Below are positions 60,701-64,000 of a DNA stretch of 64,000 nucleotides, piece by piece (positions within the stretch are counted from its first letter, which is position 1; each line of letters opens with the position of its first letter). Location of the stretch: the NCBI GenBank assembly GCA_043801855.1, contig JAZDLQ010000017.1, forward strand, positions 15,202 to 79,201. The letters are read 5' to 3'. The notes under the pieces were generated by a model that was not told the DNA's origin, did no database searches, and saw only the letters and a list, made by a program, of their open reading frames with translations. Source of the DNA: an archaeon (GTDB taxonomy: Archaea; Nanobdellota; Nanobdellia; Woesearchaeales; GW2011-AR15). The translations under genes were made by a program, and so were the position numbers.

Positions 60701-63700
60701 AAAAACAGGCAATGACTCAATTTATGCAGGAGTTTATAATTCAACTGGGTCTTCGATGGCAACTCCATTTATTGTTGAGGGCAATTCATCCCAGAACTAC
60801 TTATTATTAGATGCAGTTGGAACATATTCAGTTCTTGGGTATGGCCTTTGCAATACAACTTTTGCAATCGCATACACAAATTCAAGCGGCTTGACAAAAC
60901 TTAAAACATACATGTATGATGGTACACCTTGGAATGGCATATGTGATTTTCAAGGCCCAAATATAACTCTTGACCGGCCTGTTAACAGCACAACAATTCT
61001 AACCAGAAGCTATGTAATTAATGCAAGTGTTAGGGACCAATCAAAAATTGCAAATGTTACTTTCTTATACAGGGAAAACCTAACAGCTGACTGGAATGTT
61101 GCATGTGTTGATTCTGATATATTAAATAATGTTTATGCAGAATGCAATTGGAACCTAAACGGCCTTCCTGAAACATATGAATACCAAGTAAGGGCATATG
61201 CAACTGATATTGCAGGAAACATTGGCGTTAATGATACACATGGAAATATTTCAGTAATACTAGGGCTTCCTGTTATCCAAAGAATACAATGCCTTGAAAA
61301 TGCAGTATGGCAAGATTGCTCACTTCTTGCATATCAGGATGTGATTAAAGGTGTCAGAGTCAACTGCACTAGTGAAGAAGGAACAATTATTAATGCAACT
61401 TTTAATTTGACAAATGTTCCTGACTCATCGACATATTTCTTTAATATCTCAACTGATTTTGAAAATGGCTACTGGGTGCATTATAAAAATATGACAATTA
61501 ATGATTCAGGATTATTCTATATGTATGCAAAATGTATAGATAATTCTTCAGCATATAAGCAGGGATATTCAACATGGCTTGTTCCGTGGGGAAACTTAAC
61601 ATCAACTCTTATCTCACCTAATGCAAATACTGATGTTGTTCAGAACCTGACATTCTTATTTACCAGTAGTGTTGCCTGCAGCGGCGGAGAATGCGGAAAT
61701 ATAAATTCAACACTTGACCCTGATGTAAACTGGTGGAACCGCTCGTGGAATTACAGAAAAGAAATCTCAATTATAAATAACGCAAGCAGCAATGCAACCA
61801 ATATTCCAGTATATATAAGAGTAAGCGCCGAATCTGCAATGAGGTATGATTACAATGACATAAGGTTTTTTGGGGCAGGATGTCTTGAGCAGGGACAGCT
61901 ATTAAATTATGATCTTGAATACAATAGTTCAGGCTTCGCTGTATTCTGGGTAAGAGTTCCTGCCATTCTTCCTGGAAATAATACAATCTGTATGTATTAT
62001 GGAAATCCAAATGCAACATTGCAGGCTAATCCCCAAGTAGTGTGGAATATTTCTGAATATGGAATAGTCTATCACATGAATTTGACAGGCGATGATTCAA
62101 CATTAAATAACAGAGACAGGATATCAAATTACGGCGCCCCATCTGCTGATGACGGGACAATTGGCTATGGGATTGGCTTTGATGGAAATGACGGCTGGAA
62201 CCAGATAAATCTTGCATACTGGGAAATTGCTTGGAATAACAGGACACATGAGGTATTTTTTACAACAAGTTCAGATGTTAATTCAAGGCAGACAGTTTTT
62301 GCAGAAGGAGATACTGCAAACGGCGCCATGATGTATATTTTAAACGGCAATCTTTATTCAAGATGGTGGAGCGAGACAAACGGACTTGGAGGAGATGTGT
62401 TTTCTTATCCTATAACAGAAGGCACCCAGTATCATGCTGTTATGACTTATACAAACCCTGGAAACCACTCTTTTTATCTGAATGGCAGGCTTGTTATGTC
62501 AAACACCTCAACTGCAACAATTGCAGCGCATGGAGGTAATGGCGGTATTGGCTATACTGGTTCAAGTTCAAAAGATTATCATGACTTGTTAGGCAGCCAG
62601 GGAAATTATTTCAGGGGAACCATTCATGAGTTTAGGGTTATTAACTGGAATCACAATGTAACTTGGTTCAATACCTCTTATTTAACAACATTTGATAGCA
62701 GCAGATATGTATTTTATGGAGCAGAACAAATTCAAACAAAAGGAACAATTCCAATGGCTTATGGCTCAGTCCCATTCCATTCAATTACACAAAATCCACT
62801 CTCATTAGATTACCTTGCATGCCTTACTGACATGAGACCAGGATCATCTTGCACTACAGACTGGACAGTTAATGCAACAGGGGATATTGATACAACTTGG
62901 GAATTTTATGTAATAGATGAGCCTGACACTTACTCTGGCCAGTATGCACCAGTTTATTCCAGCAGGATAAATATTACAATAGTTGATGTAATAAAGCCTA
63001 AAATTTCTGGACTGCAATGCCTTGAGAATAACTCTATTTGGACATCATGCTCAAATATACAATACATGGATAATGTGACCGCTGTTAGGGCAACATGCAG
63101 GTATGCTCTTTCTAATCCTGTTATGAATATGACTTTTAGAATGACTAATATTGAGGATAATACAACCTTTTTTGATTCTTATACAACAGATAACACATCA
63201 GGCTACTGGACACTTTATCTTCCAGGATATTACATACTTGATTCAGGAGCATTTAATATATACACTAGTTGCAGTGCTGATTCATATGGAGCAACAGGAT
63301 ATTACAATGAAACATGGATTGTTCCATTTGGAAGGCTTTATGGCACATGGTATAATCCAACAGGAAACATAAATGTTACACAAAATAGTTTCTCTCCTTT
63401 TTCAGTCAATGTTGCATGCCTTGGTGGAGAATGCGGAAATGTCTCAGCAGCTCTTGATCCTCAGTCAGAGTATCCTATTGTTTATATGAATTTTGAGAAT
63501 CCTACTGATTTTGTTACAAGTGGAGGAACCTGCGGAACAGGGGCATTATGGTCTTGTGCAACAAGTGCTCCATGGGATTATTATGATAATTGCGTTGCAC
63601 CAAGCAACACTTATGGCATTTGCGCATCTCCTGATGCAAGCAGGGTTGCCGGCGGAAATGGCCTTGAATGCAGAGGCTGTGATTCTTTTGCAGGCAGCGG

Positions 63701-64000
63701 TGCAGGATTATTTATTAACCTAAATGGCACACTTTGCGGCGGATATGCATGCCAATCGTTAAATATCTCTTATTATCAGGTTGTATCAAATATGGATATT
63801 GCAACTGAGGGAAGCGCTGTTTTTGTAAGCGACCTTGACGGAACATGGCGAACAGTATCGACTTGCTTAGACAATGATGCATACTGCGATTGCGAGTCGA
63901 TATTTGGCTGCTCGCTTGCAACAATGGGAAGATATGCGCAAAAAATAAATGTTGACATATGTCAGGTATCAGGGATTAACTGTTCAGAGCCATTGAACAT
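48768..64000 (+). CDS. giant secreted/surface protein, >5070 aa, 3' end beyond the window: signal peptide, Ig-like N-terminal region, at least six ~330-aa 7-bladed beta-propeller-like modules, three LamG/ConA-like domains, Cys-rich C-terminal modules
   Basis: Frame 0 is open from ATG 48768 to the window end, checked codon by codon at 48768, 50400, 55020, 60000 and 63960. Signal peptide MKKKLSLILCVVVFSAIASISYANA. LamG-like signature FDG.NDYI...WYH..G..N....IYVDG...IGADD..FIGLIDEVRIYN. Extreme N-x-S/T density. Confidence 0.85.
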   Translation, partial: MKKKLSLILCVVVFSAIASISYANAGYVSKYIALEKETYAAKERINIIIDAQSLPQLSLRILSAEKEYSYSGPKNTVFFLTQSNGLHTVELYSQNILIDSVSFNVSDTLPIVSQPEIKEDVLQKNFSLIKNDSETINQPVPAQHSKSHYLTLDRKVYYEKTPVSINLSADRFKNESVLVIKYADKEYKFMSELTDTINYIPYTPGNYSIILKDLVNNIIESVDFEVLKNGAEIPQTDIHLNITEQNNPGLSQALPSINSSILNSSVLNNSNVSFGSLLNDTISIFENNISEFQNITNSTDNYHLMPLDNLTNLVAKPRQFIKNSKGVLMDATFNLTQEAVILEAFNGSFENISSIKKYSATFKPRSKKDFELKFNEFAFNDTTEIKFEEIDVSQVIRHKELAGLDVKDAFAIDPTQLDFASAQITTIAKGTSLYKCKEYDFTSQICNGSWIKIMDLIPGQEYSVEISHDDPAFAEVGVASINSLKSIYYPGETAELLIVVLDRYGYLAGNANVSVIITSPANYSYFLSTDIGSITTFERGIYSANFTGTMDEGYYTMLVFASGINVNQTMSSYFIVKNYYEFDIIRNAPVTIDPWKNYFNVSIEIISNNYTGTFNFTEKIPLNFSIIEAPGAILTQDDAFRYLTWRDVYNSTNFTYSANAPLITPDLYSIGPAQIYFDSQIFEEGRPWFIAVDPQFAASAKYEISLASLDNQTFVISYIDATSYAACFQVLATNGTALVGETCPNANVDVDGRIDIAAINRTHFAINIYDGTAADNNDEYYIYNRNGNQELGRTEFDANAGTNVDTTVCSLTDRLVFNWQDPNDGNDDHGEIWSYRGVNLVGETDIDANSAPGATLQNLADCAAISSTRWIAAEYDDQANSATVAVYSNTFAAAIALFNVDANVGETGQVAVTALKNNRYAFLYYDSNTQDISFAIGDITGDVNTYITGPKVIENNPGTSARVGVTEVLVNGVSYVAGTWYEQATGTIRAAVFDQYGNLTVPIFTVENNPSATNLLLGITGGDSLSGTSLCNRNFIVAYTDSANTAQYKRYNYHGEPWDGICVTDSQVPSISLNVPYNNSVYTYSNITFNITAIDNRDISLWCNISVDGVLRVTNYSAANNSFNLTTINVADGYHSWNASCADDDNNRNFTQLSYFSVDVLDNKQVDDSEGVDVAGIALDNTTIVTAWIDTKDSKASFAIWNTNGTLIKEQTVVDSLVDTISRIAITPINTTHFIISIVDGPEDDLDFYIYDRNATLVLGKTEADNDIGAFTDVKICQLGTQFVLVDANDNDNDADFRVYNNIGTIAVTELNVDGGMEPDVSLNNLVDCAALSSTRWVYSWFDDGSDVVSYSVRDNAGTSIIGQTNIDAASGGTAQVASVGLRNNRFAYAFYDAAATTVYLTIRELSGAVVNTILANTVLDATAGASSRVAVTEVEFGGVSHVAVAWQDTTTGDIKAAVYDSDGAVVAPPFTITANEDDAYSLISLVGTNSLLNFGLCDGKFAIIYTNSSNNLMFDTFFDVGVPWDGKCTPDETPPAISLIEPIAYANYTNSSILFNWSAADNIDPTVLCNLYVDGIRKAENISTGTDDFANYTLGIPDGNHTWNVSCFDSRLNLNTSVTRYFTVDVPQGYIDSNEAVDVDMAAIDNTTLIVAWIDNQAGRPASFEVWSTNGTLLVDQTIVDATGDRDSRVAVSAINRTHFAFVVADGPDDDIDIYVYHKNGSRSIGPTQLSADTAIFTDTFACSLGNRFVAGYANDFDNDADFQIYTNAGAQVLIETNVDGGMNPDERSQNLIDCTVLSSTRWIYSWFDDGSNFVSIAARDEAGTNVVAQTNIDAAVGEQAQVASANLLNNKFGFLYYDSTNNNINYTVRELSGAAFTTILPSTLLDDNAGAVAVLSAAEISDGIESYNAFVWQDNDAGNIKAAVIDSNGTIITAPFVINSAPDASYQLIDAVGYDSVINNGLCPGTFAVAYTNSSAEFTFDLFYFNGERWDGVCRYTPPSIAFSYPTPGDGVQTSNDSVQLKVSINESNMKSLTFTWDGTGYTHFDDSLVLMYNLDNVSAIGETGTRVVDLSVHGNNGTVTNAVANASCQFNGCYYFDGNNDYIQTADAPELGQRVNFTVSMWVYDTDPRVDRQLEKGDSYFFLDDINAGGCANPGRWQFLVKQSNVNFCVEDTVAHEQSRWYHILGMKNDTHISIYVDGVYKASTTLSGLIDDDDLALMIGADDSASNDFIGLIDEVRIYNNTFNSSEIRQLYYSSLNKYASDKWYLTVNEGDLAFDGNTYKAQVYDNYGSTRSTGQRTLNYYLYSLIDTDPLVDIDTIAIDSTKTVLAWIDGGSFEADFEIWDTNGTILVFSSTIDATGNAESRIALAAINTTTYVIGISDGPDTDDDIDFYIYDISGYLLSGPTEVDDNIGDAGSDESDVALCQLGDRFAIPYVDDTDVTDNSASFWMYYNNGSSIPVSYGHLDDVIAPGRTRQNLIDCAALSSSRWASVWFDDNDNDATMRLVDSDGNFLTIETDLDTDIGEIGQVASAGLPDGRFAVAYYDSTALTIAISVQDTSTDAFVPVLAPTVIDASAGADSRVSVAEVESSLGGSNFVVAWRDTNAGDIKAAVYDDDGLQVTAPFTITTLPHATSLILDVVGTNSLLGFGLCSDNFGISYANSTGSSVFEIFNIDGSHWNGICEKSPPLIEYTGQTPADLSFSTVTSFEMNVSINESNLRDVTLSMDRVDYSIYDSTLALMFNFDNISSIGDNATRALDVSRYGKNGTINGPLSWTSSGKYGGAYSFSDNADYISVPNDATLDLQSAFTLSAWIRPDNSGNSDYQSIITKETASDNRNYWLTLWTDGTLHLRFSSSSFASDCDAAGATDLRDGTWHHVAGIYNGTHCQLFLDGATHATDTVAASPQGIGSSLYIGYAQGTAGRGFDGLIDEVRIFNTAYNYSDVRQLYSSSLNKYDTDKWLFYSKEENLSTEQHHYSLTSIDLFGNTNSTAERGYSVYQQGILDDYGMIDLSLASLDNTTVVLAWIDAQNYDASFQVRSTNGTIIAGENDIDINGNATSRISVTQLNRTTFAIGIVDDPEDDVDYFIFNRDGTRVLSRTQADNDVGANTDISLCTFGARFAIANANDQDNDADYRIYSREGALQVSELNVDGGMEPDVQLHNLVSCAGLSATRYAYSWFDDGSNVVSVSIINETGGAVIAQTNIDGASGEAAQVAIAGMRNNMFGYIFYDAAAITVYGTIRQVNGVALTSILANTVLDATLGAWSRVSSAEIESYGKSYIAFGWQDTTSGDIKVTVYNASGSVITSPFVVAQNISASNVLFEIAGTNSLLGFGLCDETFAIAYTNSSGTAVIDTYDIYGNKWNGICDRNAPIASFVNPTPADRAPITQDFFTINVSINESSLSKINYAFDLSSYLIYDSNTKLLLNFDNLTSIGENSSIVADISSYGNIGNVTGALLNTSLCKTGFGKCYSFDGNLDSIEFQDSDSLSLSVNFTVSMWLYDTSVQNDNMLEKGDSYFIKDDWTADGCTTAGRFQFLVRQSNTNYCVEDLAAHNQNQWYNVVGVKNDSHISIYVNGVYRSSSALAGNIDDDNLPLVIGADDSASADFIGLVDKVAIFGKALSSAEVALLYNINIYKTDATGYALEINQTALTLGMHNYTASAMDTSLNTRQLETRLISYYSLSYLDNNPFLDIELAALDNTTVVIAYIDSYTNESSFYIMDTNGTVLVGEVDIDVDGNFESRISVAPISRNSFVIAIIDGPEDDVDFFIYNRTGGIVRDRTQVSANIASAVGDSHSDIGLCQLGDRFIITYAKDIGAGSDQDAEFQVWTNAGVLVTGETAVDDVMNAEHYNYNYVDCAATSASRWIYTWFDDGDNDISVSLRNQVGTAVLGAGDLDTDVGETAAVAATGLRNNRFATVFFDSTDNDISFEIRDVTGDSSYAMVIDNYDIDADPGTESRVAAAEIEYNGQSYFVAAWQKTGNDSIYAGVYNSTGSSMATPFIVEGNSSQNYLLLDAVGTYSVLGYGLCNTTFAIAYTNSSGLTKLKTYMYDGTPWNGICDFQGPNITLDRPVNSTTILTRSYVINASVRDQSKIANVTFLYRENLTADWNVACVDSDILNNVYAECNWNLNGLPETYEYQVRAYATDIAGNIGVNDTHGNISVILGLPVIQRIQCLENAVWQDCSLLAYQDVIKGVRVNCTSEEGTIINATFNLTNVPDSSTYFFNISTDFENGYWVHYKNMTINDSGLFYMYAKCIDNSSAYKQGYSTWLVPWGNLTSTLISPNANTDVVQNLTFLFTSSVACSGGECGNINSTLDPDVNWWNRSWNYRKEISIINNASSNATNIPVYIRVSAESAMRYDYNDIRFFGAGCLEQGQLLNYDLEYNSSGFAVFWVRVPAILPGNNTICMYYGNPNATLQANPQVVWNISEYGIVYHMNLTGDDSTLNNRDRISNYGAPSADDGTIGYGIGFDGNDGWNQINLAYWEIAWNNRTHEVFFTTSSDVNSRQTVFAEGDTANGAMMYILNGNLYSRWWSETNGLGGDVFSYPITEGTQYHAVMTYTNPGNHSFYLNGRLVMSNTSTATIAAHGGNGGIGYTGSSSKDYHDLLGSQGNYFRGTIHEFRVINWNHNVTWFNTSYLTTFDSSRYVFYGAEQIQTKGTIPMAYGSVPFHSITQNPLSLDYLACLTDMRPGSSCTTDWTVNATGDIDTTWEFYVIDEPDTYSGQYAPVYSSRINITIVDVIKPKISGLQCLENNSIWTSCSNIQYMDNVTAVRATCRYALSNPVMNMTFRMTNIEDNTTFFDSYTTDNTSGYWTLYLPGYYILDSGAFNIYTSCSADSYGATGYYNETWIVPFGRLYGTWYNPTGNINVTQNSFSPFSVNVACLGGECGNVSAALDPQSEYPIVYMNFENPTDFVTSGGTCGTGALWSCATSAPWDYYDNCVAPSNTYGICASPDASRVAGGNGLECRGCDSFAGSGAGLFINLNGTLCGGYACQSLNISYYQVVSNMDIATEGSAVFVSDLDGTWRTVSTCLDNDAYCDCESIFGCSLATMGRYAQKINVDICQVSGINCSEPLN
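50880..60950 (+). repeat. tandem coding repeats: six beta-propeller modules (periods ~1400, 1400, 2035, 2085, 2045 nt), the last three carrying a LamG insert; ~75% nucleotide identity between modules
   Basis: Module starts near 50890, 52295, 53690, 55725, 57810 and 59855, recognised by the ..AALDNTT(V/I)V.AWID.. blade and recurring blades ..CAALSSTRW.YSWFDDGS.., ..AAVYD..G....PF. Shared 30-mer ATTCTTGCAAATACTGTACTTGATGCAACA. Confidence 0.75.

Noticed and set aside
49385-63958. Many 60-170-aa ORFs on the minus strand and in plus frames 1/2 between 49385 and 63958
   Set aside because: All lie inside the continuous frame-0 giant ORF and are out-of-frame or antisense artefacts (Gln/His/Leu-rich).
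1-64000. rRNA genes, transposases/IS elements, prophage structural genes
   Set aside because: No long GC-rich rRNA-like stretch, no DDE/HTH transposase or integrase signatures, and no capsid/terminase-like ORFs were seen in any frame.

Overview
This is an AT-rich window (about one-third GC) that looks like an uncultivated archaeon, possibly DPANN-like. The archaeal signals are a Topo VI-A fragment, an intron-containing tRNA, KaiC-like ATPases, ThiI, a UbiA prenyltransferase paired with an FAD-dependent reductase, a V4R protein, GTP-PEPCK and RHH regulators, with RBS-like GAGG motifs upstream of many starts. All calls come from reading the sequence and the ORF track; no searches were run.

Housekeeping genes occupy the first ~15 kb: topVI-A C-terminus, TPR proteins, a SNF2 helicase + SWIM zinc finger + DUF45-like metallohydrolase cluster, a RecQ-C-terminal-like protein, tRNA-Arg with a canonical anticodon-loop intron, ThiI and an MBL hydrolase.

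The rest of the window is dominated by a cell-envelope region. (1) A tightly packed operon at 15986-26449: two RHH regulators, an 1110-aa PKD surface protein, a 1276-aa membrane-anchored HerA/FtsK-type ATPase with a large extracellular N-terminal domain, two paralogous small proteins, and a coiled-coil protein. (2) A second operon at 29852-42020: a KaiC-like ATPase, a 1493-aa type-I surface protein, a membrane coiled-coil protein, a truncated SBP-like domain, a histidine kinase, a receiver protein and a PAS/GAF sensor. (3) A giant ORF starting at 48768 that runs off the window end (>5070 aa). The ORF track does not list it because it has no stop in the window. It consists of repeated 7-bladed beta-propeller-like modules plus LamG-like domains.

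A previously unrecognised ~70-aa cytoplasmic domain (core F.xHVxxxxNDFAxWI) recurs five times in four proteins of this region. I propose it as a docking module tying the surface proteins to the membrane ATPase. Other points: a 19-nt duplication of the tRNA 3' end 107 bp downstream (integration scar); a frameshifted LAGLIDADG endonuclease relic next to GC-rich hairpins; operator-like palindromes and tandem repeats; and two well-supported genes with no canonical start codon (apparent ATA starts).
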